64,000 nt of DNA. It comes from Verrucomicrobiota bacterium. GTDB taxonomy: Bacteria; Verrucomicrobiota; Kiritimatiellia; RFP12; UBA1067. This document shows, one piece after another, positions 48,591 through 59,215 of the stretch. The notes beneath the pieces were generated by a model that saw only the letters and a program-made list of their open reading frames with translations, did no database searches and had not been told where the DNA came from. The stretch spans positions 255,018 to 319,017 of the forward strand of contig JAHFSX010000003.1 in the NCBI GenBank assembly GCA_023269675.1. The letters run 5' to 3'. Position numbers and translations under genes: made by a program. How positions within the stretch are numbered: the stretch's first letter is position 1; every line of letters begins with the position of its first letter.

Positions 48591-49988
48591 TTAATAAATC
48601 CGTATGCACGTGCCTTTATAAGGCGGGGGCGCCTGATAAGGGACAAGCGTCAGAAACGGGTCCCCGATATATCCATGATCGCAGACATTGCCATCATTGG
48701 CATCGGTGATCGCTATCGTCAGATACCGACCCTTAGACACTTGCTTGACCGTCACGACATCCTCGCTGTCGTGGACGGCGAGCCGGTTTGTGACGAGGAC
48801 GCCGTCAACGAAGACGAAGTAGCTGATCGAGCCCAGCACCTTGGGGCGCGAGTCGCCGATGGTCGCCGTGAAGCGCTCGATGCTGAGCCCCGTATACGTC
48901 CTAACCGCGTCCAAGTTAAAGGTGATGCCCTTGCTGGCATGCGCGGAGATCAGAGAGTGGTTGGTGGGGTCTCCGTTGAAGTTCGCAAGGATGTTGGTGG
49001 ACGGATCCAGGTCCATGTTGAGCCCGTTACGCCAAGGGAGGTTGATGCTGGAGCTGTTTTGAGCATCGAAGTCGTAGGTGTGTCCCGCCCCGTCGATGAC
49101 AGTTGCGGTAGCGTTCGTATTCGGCACAAAAGTCCCGTCGACGTACGGATTGGAGGGAGAAGCCGTGTACGCACCCATGGTCGCTGACAAATCTCCGAAT
49201 CCCCCAAAACCGGGCAGGCGCCCGTCGCCGCCGCCTAAAGCATCGGCCAGATCAAAGGTGCCGGTCGGATAACGGGGTGCAGTCAACGGGGTCAAGGTTC
49301 CGTTCGCCAACCCCGCAATCGAGTTGGTGGGCAAGGCGTCCGTCCAGATCGCGACGTCGTCGATGCGGCCCTGCCACCATTCGGCAAACTTGTCGCCGCC
49401 CATGTAAAAGGGACGGCCGGTGATCGCAGTGTTGATAACGATGTTTGTCTTGAAAACGGCGACTCCGTTGCGGTAATAGGTGAACGACCTGTCGCTGCCA
49501 CATTTCACGACGGCATGATGGATCCACTGGCCCGAAGGGATGTCCGCGTAATCCACAACCAACTGAGGCGACGTTGTGAACTCAAACTTGGAGGTCGTGA
49601 ACTTGATCCACTGACCGCCGGTATTGGCATTCGCGTCAAAACGGTTGCCCAAGATGACGTTGTTGTTGGCACCCTGCTGGCTGTAGGCCCAGAAACTCCA
49701 CGTGAAGTTGGTCGCGTCGCCGATGGTCGGTAGTATCCCTGCATCGACATAGTTCGTGGCGGTGGCGCCTGTCCCGAAGTTCAGGACCTGCCCCCGCTGG
49801 GCGTCGTTCACCCAGGTCACGCCGCTGCCGTTCAACACGCCGTTCGTGCCTCCGGCAACCAGGTTCGTAGCTATTGTTCCCGAGGACGCATCCAAAGGCC
49901 AATACCCGATCAACTTGCCTTCCGCCGCGGGGCAGAAAGTCAGCAGCAGTCCTGCAAGGCAACACAAAATAAATCCAGTCTTCACCAT
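48591..49988 (-). CDS. Secreted LamG-like + NPCBM-like domain protein
   Basis: Signal from MVKTGF; LIGYWPLD, QWIHHAVV, WQGRIDDVAIW; HASKGITFNL, CDHGYIGDP; ends PPPYKGTCIRIY. Confidence 0.8.
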   Translation of the reverse strand: MVKTGFILCCLAGLLLTFCPAAEGKLIGYWPLDASSGTIATNLVAGGTNGVLNGSGVTWVNDAQRGQVLNFGTGATATNYVDAGILPTIGDATNFTWSFWAYSQQGANNNVILGNRFDANANTGGQWIKFTTSKFEFTTSPQLVVDYADIPSGQWIHHAVVKCGSDRSFTYYRNGVAVFKTNIVINTAITGRPFYMGGDKFAEWWQGRIDDVAIWTDALPTNSIAGLANGTLTPLTAPRYPTGTFDLADALGGGDGRLPGFGGFGDLSATMGAYTASPSNPYVDGTFVPNTNATATVIDGAGHTYDFDAQNSSSINLPWRNGLNMDLDPSTNILANFNGDPTNHSLISAHASKGITFNLDAVRTYTGLSIERFTATIGDSRPKVLGSISYFVFVDGVLVTNRLAVHDSEDVVTVKQVSKGRYLTIAITDANDGNVCDHGYIGDPFLTLVPYQAPPPYKGTCIRIY

Positions 49989-50223
49989 GTTTGTGGACAC
50001 TCCTCTATCGGGGTGATAAGCAACGAATAACGACACCCCTATCATTCGAAGCGCCTAGTATTTCCCAAAAGCCAACCCTTTGACAAGCAAGATCAGGGTG
50101 AATCGTGAAGTCAGGCGCAACCCGCGATTCGATTGCTGATGCGCTGCCGCGCACATGGCGAACAGGTGGAAACGCTTTTATCAAGCGTCTTTTCGGCGGC
50201 ATCGGCGGAAGGGTCCTCTGGGC

Positions 50224-50279
50224 CGGCTAAAGCCGGTACAACATACGGACACTCAGGCATGTTGTACCGGCTTTATCCG
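50224..50279. repeat. REP-like palindrome, family D
   Basis: CGGCTAAAGCCGGTACAACAT...ATGTTGTACCGGCTTTATCCG. Confidence 0.7.
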
Positions 50280-50379
50280 TCTCCGGTCCTGGCGCGACCG
50301 GGTTCAACCCTGTGGGAGGGGCCCGAATAGCAGGTACACCCGGCTTTGCGGCCGGCCGGTTATTTGATATCTTACATTC

Positions 50380-50988
50380 ATGCGGATCTATATAGACTTC
50401 GACGACGTGCTGTGCGAGACCGCCCGCCACCTCTCGGTTTTGGCGCGTGAGCTGTTCGCCTGCGACGTCCCGTACGAGGCGATCTCGGTGTTTGACCTGC
50501 AGCAGGCCTTCGCGCTATCCGCGGCCGAGATTGACGATCTCATGGAGCGCGCGCACCGCACGGAGTTTCTGACCCTCCTCGATCCCGCGCCCGGCGGTCT
50601 GGAAGCCGTACGGGTTTTGGAGGCGCTCGGGCATGACCTTGCGATCGTCACCGGACGCCCCGCCTCCAGCCACGACGGCTCCCGCGGCTGGCTCCGCAAG
50701 CACGGCCTCGCGCATTTGGACATCGTCTACGTCGACAAATACGGCCGAGCGCCCGCCCATCCGCCGACCGGCTTTCCTCAAACGCTGAACCTCGCCGAGT
50801 TCGCGACGCTTCATTTCGATGTCGCCATTGACGATTCGCCGATCGCGCTCGACCTGCTCGCCCACCGCCAGAACTGCACGGTCATCGTCTATGACCGTCC
50901 GTGGAACCGGCTCTACGCGCATGCCGCCAACATGCGCCGCAGCGATTCGTGGGCCGATATCGTCAGCCTGATCGGGACGCTCGCATAA
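50380..50988 (+). CDS. HAD-superfamily 5'(3')-nucleotidase-like protein
   Basis: IYIDFDDVL, IVTGRP, IDDSP, DRPWN. Confidence 0.85.
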   Translation: MRIYIDFDDVLCETARHLSVLARELFACDVPYEAISVFDLQQAFALSAAEIDDLMERAHRTEFLTLLDPAPGGLEAVRVLEALGHDLAIVTGRPASSHDGSRGWLRKHGLAHLDIVYVDKYGRAPAHPPTGFPQTLNLAEFATLHFDVAIDDSPIALDLLAHRQNCTVIVYDRPWNRLYAHAANMRRSDSWADIVSLIGTLA

Positions 50989-51075
50989 CCCCGGAGCTTT
51001 CACCGCCAAGACACCACGCGCGCCAAGGTCACCAAGTTGCATCTCGTCTAAATTTCAATAACTGAGGGAAAGATC

Positions 51076-51543
51076 ATGGACTGGACTCAAGCCTTCAATC
51101 ACGTGCTGCCTTTGCTCGGACACCGCAACTGGATCCTCGTCGTGGACCAAGCGTATCCTTACCAAAGCGCGCCGGGCATCACGACCATCGACACCCAAGA
51201 GCCCTTGCCGGCCGTGCTCGAGAAAGTCGTGGCCGCCGTCAAGGCCTCCACGCACGTGAAGCCGATTTTCTATACGGACAAAGAACTCGGCTACATTTCC
51301 GAAGACATGGCGCCCGGCGTGGCGGCATTCCGCACGGAACTCGCCCGCATTCTGGCAGGGGCGCAGACGCAGACGCTGCTGCACGACTCGGTCTTCGCGA
51401 AGCTGGACGAGGCCGCCAAGCTCTTCAACGTGGTGATCCTCAAGACCCAGGGAACGATCGCCTACTCTTCGGTTTTCATCGAGCTGGATTGCGCCTACTG
51501 GAGCGCCGCCAAGGAGCAGGCCCTGCGCGACAAGATGCGCTAG
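51076..51543 (+). CDS. RbsD/FucU family pyranase/mutarotase-like protein
   Basis: LGHRNWILVVDQAYP, LKT...YSSVFIELDCAYW. Confidence 0.75.
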   Translation: MDWTQAFNHVLPLLGHRNWILVVDQAYPYQSAPGITTIDTQEPLPAVLEKVVAAVKASTHVKPIFYTDKELGYISEDMAPGVAAFRTELARILAGAQTQTLLHDSVFAKLDEAAKLFNVVILKTQGTIAYSSVFIELDCAYWSAAKEQALRDKMR

Positions 51544-51603
51544 CACGCCCAAGGATGGGCGTGCCACATTCCCGGACTGTGCCATGCGCATCCTTGCGCA
51601 TGG
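51543..51603. repeat. REP-like doublet, family E
   Basis: GCACGCCCAAGGATGGGCGTGCCACA...TGTGCCATGCGCATCCTTGCGCATGG, between convergent genes. Confidence 0.6.
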
Positions 51604-51616
51604 GCGGCGTGTGACC

Positions 51617-52936
51617 CTACCGCACCAGGCCGGAGAGCCAGCCGACCATCGCGTGCGGAAAAAGGGTGAGCAGAAGGTAAACCGCGATGTACGCGGGCAG
51701 GAAGCGCATGGCGCCGCGGAACACCTGCGCGGAGTTGGCGTCGGGGCTCATGCCCGCCACCACGAAGCACGAGACCCCGACCGGCGGCGTGATCGCGCCC
51801 AGCGTCGTCACCAGGCATATGACCTGCCCGAACCAGACCAGATCGTAGCCCATCCGCGCCACCAGCGGCTCGAAGAGCGGCAGCGAGATCAGCAGGAACG
51901 CCAGCGCGTCCATGATGCACCCGCCGATGAGGTAGCAGCCCATCATGAAGAGGAGGATCATGGCCGGGGCCAGGTCCATCCGCGTCACCCACTCGGTCAG
52001 CATGAACGGCAGGCGCGTCAGCACCAGGAAGCGGCCGAACACCGTCGCGCCCGCCAGGATCAGGAAGACCATGGAGGTGATGCGCAGCGTCGCGGTCAGC
52101 GCCTTCACGAACGCCGGCCGCGGCAGCTTGCCGCGCACCACGCAGCCGACGATCCCGAGCAGCGCGCCGAGGCCCGCCGCCTCGGTCGGCGTCACGATGC
52201 CCGAGAACATCGAGGTCATGATGATCGCGAACAGCACCGCCACGTCGAGCACCTGCGGCAGCATCGCGAGCCGGCGCTTGCGCGAGCCGCGCACGCCGGG
52301 CTGCGCCCAGTCGGGGTGCCGCCAGATGATGACCTTGACGGTCAGCACGAAGAGAAGCGTTAGCGTCAGGCCCGGAATGATGCTGCCCGCGAAGAGCTTG
52401 CCGATGCTCTGCCCCGTATAGAGGCCGTAGACCACCAGCACGATGCTCGGCGGGATCATCGCGCCCAGCGTGGAACCCGCCGCGATGCTGCCGCACTTGA
52501 GTTCGGGGTGATACTTGTTGCGCGACATGGGCTTGAGCGCCACGGAGCTCATGGTCGCGGCCGTGGCGGTGTTCGACCCGCAGATCGACGAGAAGCCCGC
52601 GCACGCCAGAATCGTGGTCACCGCCAGCCCGCCGCGCTTATGGCCGAACCACGCCTGTGCCGCGCGGAAGAGCCGGTCGCTGTAGCCCGCGTGAAAAATC
52701 ACTTCGCCCAGCAGCACGAAGAGCGGGATCACGGTGAAGCCGTAATTCGAGAAGACGGTCCACACCTCCGAACCGACAGAGCCGTTCAGCAGCGCCGAGA
52801 AACTCTGCGGCGGATGCAGCGCCAGCAGCCCGCCGAAGCCGGTCAGCAGCATCGCCAGCCCGGGGGACATGCCCGTGAAGAGAATCAGCACCAGCATCAC
52901 GCCGATGCCCAGAAAACCGATGGTTGTGGGATCCAT
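51617..52936 (-). CDS. dctM: TRAP transporter large permease
   Basis: IPLFVL, GSTLGAMIPPS, TPTEAA, ITPPVG. Confidence 0.93.
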   Translation of the reverse strand: MDPTTIGFLGIGVMLVLILFTGMSPGLAMLLTGFGGLLALHPPQSFSALLNGSVGSEVWTVFSNYGFTVIPLFVLLGEVIFHAGYSDRLFRAAQAWFGHKRGGLAVTTILACAGFSSICGSNTATAATMSSVALKPMSRNKYHPELKCGSIAAGSTLGAMIPPSIVLVVYGLYTGQSIGKLFAGSIIPGLTLTLLFVLTVKVIIWRHPDWAQPGVRGSRKRRLAMLPQVLDVAVLFAIIMTSMFSGIVTPTEAAGLGALLGIVGCVVRGKLPRPAFVKALTATLRITSMVFLILAGATVFGRFLVLTRLPFMLTEWVTRMDLAPAMILLFMMGCYLIGGCIMDALAFLLISLPLFEPLVARMGYDLVWFGQVICLVTTLGAITPPVGVSCFVVAGMSPDANSAQVFRGAMRFLPAYIAVYLLLTLFPHAMVGWLSGLVR

Positions 52937-52949
52937 AAGAGAAACATCT

Positions 52950-53040
52950 GTTACAGGTTGATGGTTGCCGGTTGATGGTTACAGGTTGTCCCGGTTCTCA
53001 TAACGAGTAACCAGTAACGGGTAACGAGTAACCTGCAACC
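52950..53040. repeat. Inverted 7-mer tandem array
   Basis: (GTTnnnG)x6 followed by (TAACnnG)x5 between dctQ and dctM. Confidence 0.8.
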
Positions 53041-53044
53041 GTTC

Positions 53045-53617
53045 TTAACTCTCGCCATTCCCGACGGCATCCGGTTCCAGATCGCCGCGGATGCTGTTGA
53101 CCATGTGGGCGCGCTGCTGCGCGTAGGCGCTTTTATCTGTATGGCCCAGCACCAGCAGCACGAAATCGGTCAGGAACGAGGCGGCCAGCAGGAAGAGCCC
53201 GAACACCGCGCCGTACATGAGCCACGGATAGGGGAGCTTAAGCGTCTCCGAAACCTCGCCCGCGCGCAGCAGGACGCCGGCGCGGTTCGCGAGCTGGCAG
53301 CCGAGCAGCAGCACCAGCACCGCGCCCGCGAAGACGTTGAACGCGCCGACCCAGCGCCGCGCGCCCGCCGAATAGGAGCGGGTGAAGAGGTCCAGCTCGA
53401 CGTGCCCGCGCTTGCGCTGCGTGTCGGCCAGGGCCAGCGAGGCGATGAGCGCGCCGAAAAGCCCGGAGAGCTCGTAGCTCGCGCTGACCGGATGGCCCGC
53501 CAGGCGGAACGCGACGTTGCAGCCGGAGAGCAACACCAGCGTGACGAGCAAGGTGCCGGACACCGCCATCCCCGCGAAGCACAGGCCCTTTTCGATTTTG
53601 ATGAGTTTGATGAGCAT
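53045..53617 (-). CDS. dctQ: TRAP transporter small permease
   Basis: Four TM helices, GHVELDL, SETLKLP; located between dctP and dctM. Confidence 0.88.
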   Translation of the reverse strand: MLIKLIKIEKGLCFAGMAVSGTLLVTLVLLSGCNVAFRLAGHPVSASYELSGLFGALIASLALADTQRKRGHVELDLFTRSYSAGARRWVGAFNVFAGAVLVLLLGCQLANRAGVLLRAGEVSETLKLPYPWLMYGAVFGLFLLAASFLTDFVLLVLGHTDKSAYAQQRAHMVNSIRGDLEPDAVGNGES

Positions 53618-53649
53618 AGTGAACGCAGAATCTTTGAATCAAGCCTTGT

Positions 53650-53703
53650 GGTAGGGACGGTTCCCCGAACCGTCCGCGGACGCCTCGGGGAGGCGTTCCT
53701 ACC
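53650..53703. repeat. GTAG REP doublet, family B
   Basis: GGTAGGGACGGTTC..GAACCGTCC GC GGACGCCTC..GAGGCGTTCCTACC. Confidence 0.75.
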
Positions 53704-53721
53704 TGATGAGGATCGGTGCCG

Positions 53722-54738
53722 CTATTTCGCGATCTTGCCGCGGATGAACGCGATGACCGCCTGGCCGTCCACGCCTTTGGCCGTCACGCGGGCGATGTAC
53801 TCCTCGATGAGCGGCTGGGCGGTTGCGCGCAGTACGGCCCGGTCCTCGGCCGAGGGCTCGTTGACCGTCAGGTGATGGTTCTCTTTCGACCAGGCGAGCG
53901 CTTCCAGCACATGCTGGTCCACATATGCGCCGGTCCACTCGGCCTGCTCGCGGTACAGCGCGTCGAACACCTGCTTCACATCGGCGGGCAGCGCGTCGTA
54001 CTTGGCCTTGTTCATGACCACCGCGAAGCTGGTGACACAAAGGTCGGTCTTGAAGACGAACGGGCAGTAGGAGGCGTAGTTCATGTCCTTCAGCACCTCG
54101 CCCGAGGAGACGTTGCCCTTGACCACGCCCTTCTGCAGCGCGTCAGGCACGTCCGACTGGGGCATGGCCACGGGCGAGGCGCCGAGTCGCTTCATCACCT
54201 CCGCGCCTGTGCCGGAGGAGCGCAGCGGCAGGTTCTTGAGGTCGGCCAGCGTCTTGACCTCTTTCGTGCTCATCACCAGGGCGGGCGGGCAGGTGAAGAC
54301 GGTCAGCACCTTGACCTGCGCGAACTCGGCGGGCTTGAAGGTCTCGATCAGCTCCGCGAGGATGCGGCTGGAGGTCTTGGCGTCCGCGAAGAAGTGCGGC
54401 AGGTCCAGGGCTTCGGCGACGGGGAAGCGGCCCGGCTGGTAGCTCATCGCGAAGTTGCCGATGTCGGCCGTGCCCGCGATCACGCCGTCGAAGATGTCTT
54501 TGGCCCCGAGCAGCGTGCCGCCCGGATAGGTGTTGACCTTGACCTTGCCGGCCGTGCGTTTTTCGACCTCGGTTTTCCAGTGCTCCATCTGGATGCAGGG
54601 AAAGGTCGAGGCGGGCGGGAAGTTGGCGTAGTTCAGCGTGATCGTCCCGGCGCCGGCCTTGGCCGTCGGATCCTTGGGGCCGCATCCGGACAACACGGCG
54701 ACGACGCTTGCGAGCAATACGGGCATCAACATTTTCAT
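53722..54738 (-). CDS. dctP: TRAP substrate-binding lipoprotein
   Basis: Lipobox LSGC; YPGGTL, PGRFP, DLKNLPLR, ALQKG. Confidence 0.9.
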   Translation of the reverse strand: MKMLMPVLLASVVAVLSGCGPKDPTAKAGAGTITLNYANFPPASTFPCIQMEHWKTEVEKRTAGKVKVNTYPGGTLLGAKDIFDGVIAGTADIGNFAMSYQPGRFPVAEALDLPHFFADAKTSSRILAELIETFKPAEFAQVKVLTVFTCPPALVMSTKEVKTLADLKNLPLRSSGTGAEVMKRLGASPVAMPQSDVPDALQKGVVKGNVSSGEVLKDMNYASYCPFVFKTDLCVTSFAVVMNKAKYDALPADVKQVFDALYREQAEWTGAYVDQHVLEALAWSKENHHLTVNEPSAEDRAVLRATAQPLIEEYIARVTAKGVDGQAVIAFIRGKIAK

Positions 54739-54820
54739 CGAGACAGGTCCCTTCATCCGTTTCTTTTGATAGTAACGGATGATAGCGGGTCTGCCCGTTT
54801 GCCGCAACCGAATTTTGCGG

Positions 54821-55438
54821 TTAGCGCAGCGCCTTTTTGAGGTAGGGCATATATTGGCGGGTATAGACGATGATCGACCAGACGTTGATGATGATGAGCA
54901 GGGCTTCGATCACGAAGATCAGCGCCTGCGGCAGGAAAAAAAGGTGCAGCGAGGCATAGACATAGATCACGCAGGCCGCGGGAAAGCTGGCCGCCGTGCG
55001 GAACTTGCCCATCCAGTTGGCGCGGCAGTCGGCGTCGTACAGCGAGCCCACCGAGCGCAGGAAGGTCACCCACTGGTCGCGCAGGATGTAGAGCACCGTG
55101 AAGACCAGCATCACCAAGGCATGGACCGACTCGTCCGGCTGCCGTCCGAGCAGCCAGAGCAGCGTCGGAAAAACCACCAGGTAAAAGACCTTGTCCATCA
55201 GCGGGTCGGCCATGGCGCCGAATTTGCTGACCACGTTCCATTTGCGCGCCAGCTGGCCGTCGAAGAGATCGGTCAGCGCCGCGACCGCCAGCGACACCGT
55301 GGCCGCCACCGCCAGCCACCACGCCTCGGGAGAGTGGGTGTAGGCGTGAATAATCGCCAAAATCATAAAGAGTACGACGAACGGCACACGTCCGAACGTG
55401 AGGGCGTTGACGAATAACCGTTTCGCTTTATCATCCAT
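54821..55438 (-). CDS. CDP-alcohol phosphatidyltransferase (PgsA-like)
   Basis: NALTFGR, TDLFDGQLARKWNVVSKFGAMADPLMDK; 3' end of listed ORF 54821..57766. Confidence 0.92.
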   Translation of the reverse strand: MDDKAKRLFVNALTFGRVPFVVLFMILAIIHAYTHSPEAWWLAVAATVSLAVAALTDLFDGQLARKWNVVSKFGAMADPLMDKVFYLVVFPTLLWLLGRQPDESVHALVMLVFTVLYILRDQWVTFLRSVGSLYDADCRANWMGKFRTAASFPAACVIYVYASLHLFFLPQALIFVIEALLIIINVWSIIVYTRQYMPYLKKALR

Positions 55439-55567
55439 GGACCTTATGAAACCAAAAACGGTTCGGTTTGGAAATACAAAAGTCGTTTTCGTGCCAGGCG
55501 CTTTTTGGCTTTGTGCCGGTTCGGCGTTGTGCTTCAATGGATGAACCAAAATTGCTGGGGGTTTTTT

Positions 55568-58500
55568 ATGTTTCACCTGTTCCGTTGCATGGCCGTCCTG
55601 TCGGCGCTCTTGTGTGCGTCCGCGGTCCGCGCGTTCGATGGGCCGAGCGATATGCAAGGGAACGTCAGCTTGAGCATCGAAGGCGTGTCGGAAAAAGCCG
55701 GCACCGACAAACCGCTCGCTTTCACGCTGCGCCTTAAGAACGGCAGTAGCCAGACGGTGCAAGGCACCGTCGATGCCTGGATGAATGAAGACTGGCAGGT
55801 GGCCGGGCCCCACGCCTTCGAGGTTTGCGTCGGCCCCGGAAAAACCTGGCAGGCCGCCTGCTCCGCCACCGCGCGCGACCGCGTGCTGTCGGCACTCTAT
55901 CCCGTCCACGCGCGCTTGGCCTTCGCGCGCGATGCGGCGCGTGTCGGCCCGCACCCGATCGCGATCTTCTCCGCCGTCCGTCCCGATTCGCCGGCCGCGG
56001 CCCTTCCCTGCCAGGATGCGCCCCTGAAGCCGGGCGTCTGGCGGTTGGCCGGGCTCACGCCGTGCGCGACGGCCTGGGCGCGCGGCGGGCGCACGTTTCC
56101 GCTGCCCCCCGGCTTCAACGGCTCGGACCCCGAGAGCGGCGCCACCCTGTTCCGCGAGGACGTCGCGCGCGGCGGCGTCCCGCGCCGCAGCATCGGCATC
56201 CACCCGCCGTGGAAAGGCGGCCACGGCACGCTCTGGACGGAGTTCCGTCTGACGCTGCCCGCCGCGGCGCCGATTCTTCTCCGGTTCCATACCGCGGTCC
56301 GCGACGTGCGCCCGGACGAGCGCGCCAGCGACGGCGTGGAGTTCAAGGTGCTCGTGCAAGCCGCGGACCGCGCCGCAAAGGAGCTGTTCACCCGTTTCAG
56401 CGCCGCCACGACGTGGCAGCCCGGTGAAGCGGACCTCTCCGCCTACGCGGGCCAGACCGTGACCCTGCGCCTCTGGAACGGCCCCGGTCCCAAGAACGAC
56501 ACCACCTGCGACAATGGCTTCTGGGGCGACCCGGAACTGAGGATCGGCGTGGTGAAGCCGCCGGTGAGCGAGACCGTCTGGGCCGCCCGCACAGAGGCGG
56601 CCTTGGGGCTGGCCCGCGACGCCGCGATCCGCCAGCCCGACACGCCGGACGCCTTCCGGCTGACGGGCAACCGGGAAACCTATGGCGCGGCCGTTGTGTC
56701 CGGCGAGGAGGGGCTGACCGACGGCGTCATCGCCTTCTCCGACGGACTGCGCGACGTGGCCTTCCGCGGTTTCGCGGTGGAGGTCGACGGCCAGCCGGTC
56801 GGCGGCGCTGGCGACGGACAGCCCGTGCTGAGCGTCGGGACGGCGACCGAGGGCGGCGCGCGGGTGGTCACGCACCAAGTGGGAAGGGCGGACAACGGGC
56901 AAAAGATAGGGTTGCGTGCGAAAATACGCGTCGACCGCGGCGTTCTGTGCATCGCATGGGACATGCCGGAGGTGACGCGTGACGCGCGCGGCACGCCGCG
57001 CTTCACCCGGCTGGCCCTCGGGCCCGCGACCCGCCAGCCGGCTCGCATCTATCTGGGGTTCGGCGCGGTATTTGAAGGGCCCGGCGCGTTCACGCTGCCT
57101 TTCGGCGGCGTCCAGCTCGGCACGCGCCACGTCGGCGCGGACTATGCGGACGGCCTCAGCCTGGTGCAGGCGACCGACCTGCTCCCCGACCGGGTGGTCT
57201 GCGCGCCGGAACGCGGGCTCTTCTCGCTGGAGACGCCCCATGACGCCGGCTTCATGTTCGCCCCCTCCGCGCACGGCGCTTACGCGGCGGCGCGCGCTTA
57301 CCGCGCGGTGTGCGGCTTCAGGCGCTCGCCCGGCGTGGACGGACTGCTGGGCCGCGTCTGCCTTGACCAGTGGGGCGGGGACTACCGCGCCGCGGCGAAA
57401 GACCTCGACCGCGCCGCGAAGTACGGCGTCAATCACGCGGTCTTCGTCAAACACGACTGGCAGCGGTGGGGCTATGACTACCGCCTGCCTGAGATCTATC
57501 CGCCGGCGGGCGGGCTCGAACCGTTCCGCGAGATGCGGGCGGCGGCACAGCGGGCGGGCATGCTTTTCGCCCCGCACGACAACTACATCGACTTCTATCC
57601 CGATGCCGAGGGCTTCAGCTACGACACGGTCGCGTTTAACGCCGACGGCACGCCCCATAAGGCTTGGTATCATCCGGGCCGCGACGCGCAGAGCTACCGC
57701 TGGCGGCCCGACGCCTTCACGCCGTGGCTCACCGCCAACATGCGGCAGATGCGTGCCGGGTTTCATCCCGACAGCCTCTTCATCGACGTCTTCGCCTCAG
57801 TTGCCCCCTTCGATTACTACGACCGCGGCGGTCAGTTCCACACCCGCGCGGAGACCGTCAAGGGTTGGCGTGCCGCGTTCGATACCAGCCGTCGCCTGCT
57901 CGGTCATGACGCGGCCATGCTCAGCGAGTCCGGCCACGATGCGCTGATCGGCTCGGTCGACGGCGTGCAGGCCGACCACTGGCGGCCCGAGCTCTGGCTG
58001 AGGGACTATAAGGACGCCGACCGCACGCCGTGGCACGACATGGTGACCCATGGCAAGATGGTGCTCTTCGCGGGCGGGCTGGGCAACCGCTATGATGCGG
58101 ACCCGAAACACGGCTACGGCAGCGACGACTATCTTTCCAATACCGTGCTGGGCGGGCGCGGCCCGATGTGCGACGGCCCCTTCTCGCGCCGCGCGGTGAT
58201 GACCTACTGGCTGCTCCACGATGTCTGTGACGCGCTGGCGCATGCCGAGATGGAGACGCATGCGTTCGGCGCGACGGTGCGCCAGCAGCACACGACCTTC
58301 GGCAAGGGCGGGCAGGTGTGGGCCAACCGCGGCTCCAATCTGTGGTCCGTGGCGGACAGGGAGTTGCCCGCCTATGGATTCTACGTCAAGACCCGTGACG
58401 CCGAGGCGGGCGTGGGTCTGCTCAGCGGCCACCGCGCGGGCTTCGCGAAAACAGAGGGCGCGTTCTTCGCGGACGCGCGGCCGCGGCCTGACCCGGAGAC

Positions 58501-59215
58501 CGACTGCCGCGTCGAGACGCGCGTCGTTTCCGCCGCGCGTCTTGGGCCGCGCGCCTTCCGCTTGACCGTCGAGTGGAACGTGCTCGCGCCGCTGGGGCCG
58601 GGCTATGTGCCGTTCGTCCATATCGGGAGGCCTTCCCAAGATGCGAACGAGTGCATCGAGGCGCAGGCCGGGATGGATTTCGACCTTGCGCGGCTGGCCC
58701 GGCCCGGCACGTTCCGGGCGACAGCGGATGTGCGCCTCCCGCCGGAGTTCGCCCCCGGCGATTATCACGTGCGTTACGGCCTGTTCCGCCAAAAGGGCGG
58801 CGACCGCGCGCCGCTGCGCGGGCGCGAAGAGCAGCGCCGGCGCATCTGTGCGGGGCTCCTGCGGATCACAGCGACCGGCGACGAGTATCTCACCGAAGAG
58901 CCGCTCGCGGACAATCCGGACCTCAACGTGGCGGGCGCGATGCTCGACTTCGGCCCGCTGGTCACCGATGGCGCGTTCCGTCTGCAGCACGACAGCCGCA
59001 AGGCGTGGCAGCTCGTCCCCCTGCCCGCGAGCCGTCCGTTCCGCGCCGAGATCCGGCTCGCGTCGTTCTGCAAGGGGAGAGCGAAGGTCAAGGCCGTCGA
59101 GAAGCTTGACCCGCTCAACGCCGCCGCGAAAGAGCCGGAGTGGACGCAGGACGGCGAGGTGTTGCGCCTCGGGTGCGACGGCCAGTCCTTCGGCTACCGC
59201 ATCGTTTTTGAATAG
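55568..59215 (+). CDS. Large secreted putative glycoside hydrolase (GH129/DUF5696-like TIM barrel with NPCBM-like module), paralog A
   Basis: Signal peptide; WQRWGYDYRLPEIYP, HDNYIDFY, LFIDVF, LSESG motifs. Confidence 0.6.
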   Translation: MFHLFRCMAVLSALLCASAVRAFDGPSDMQGNVSLSIEGVSEKAGTDKPLAFTLRLKNGSSQTVQGTVDAWMNEDWQVAGPHAFEVCVGPGKTWQAACSATARDRVLSALYPVHARLAFARDAARVGPHPIAIFSAVRPDSPAAALPCQDAPLKPGVWRLAGLTPCATAWARGGRTFPLPPGFNGSDPESGATLFREDVARGGVPRRSIGIHPPWKGGHGTLWTEFRLTLPAAAPILLRFHTAVRDVRPDERASDGVEFKVLVQAADRAAKELFTRFSAATTWQPGEADLSAYAGQTVTLRLWNGPGPKNDTTCDNGFWGDPELRIGVVKPPVSETVWAARTEAALGLARDAAIRQPDTPDAFRLTGNRETYGAAVVSGEEGLTDGVIAFSDGLRDVAFRGFAVEVDGQPVGGAGDGQPVLSVGTATEGGARVVTHQVGRADNGQKIGLRAKIRVDRGVLCIAWDMPEVTRDARGTPRFTRLALGPATRQPARIYLGFGAVFEGPGAFTLPFGGVQLGTRHVGADYADGLSLVQATDLLPDRVVCAPERGLFSLETPHDAGFMFAPSAHGAYAAARAYRAVCGFRRSPGVDGLLGRVCLDQWGGDYRAAAKDLDRAAKYGVNHAVFVKHDWQRWGYDYRLPEIYPPAGGLEPFREMRAAAQRAGMLFAPHDNYIDFYPDAEGFSYDTVAFNADGTPHKAWYHPGRDAQSYRWRPDAFTPWLTANMRQMRAGFHPDSLFIDVFASVAPFDYYDRGGQFHTRAETVKGWRAAFDTSRRLLGHDAAMLSESGHDALIGSVDGVQADHWRPELWLRDYKDADRTPWHDMVTHGKMVLFAGGLGNRYDADPKHGYGSDDYLSNTVLGGRGPMCDGPFSRRAVMTYWLLHDVCDALAHAEMETHAFGATVRQQHTTFGKGGQVWANRGSNLWSVADRELPAYGFYVKTRDAEAGVGLLSGHRAGFAKTEGAFFADARPRPDPETDCRVETRVVSAARLGPRAFRLTVEWNVLAPLGPGYVPFVHIGRPSQDANECIEAQAGMDFDLARLARPGTFRATADVRLPPEFAPGDYHVRYGLFRQKGGDRAPLRGREEQRRRICAGLLRITATGDEYLTEEPLADNPDLNVAGAMLDFGPLVTDGAFRLQHDSRKAWQLVPLPASRPFRAEIRLASFCKGRAKVKAVEKLDPLNAAAKEPEWTQDGEVLRLGCDGQSFGYRIVFE

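Noticed and set aside
55439..57766. 981-aa minus-strand ORF as a large PgsA fusion
   Set aside because: The upstream part is the antisense shadow of the GH-like gene; only 54821..55438 looks like real protein.
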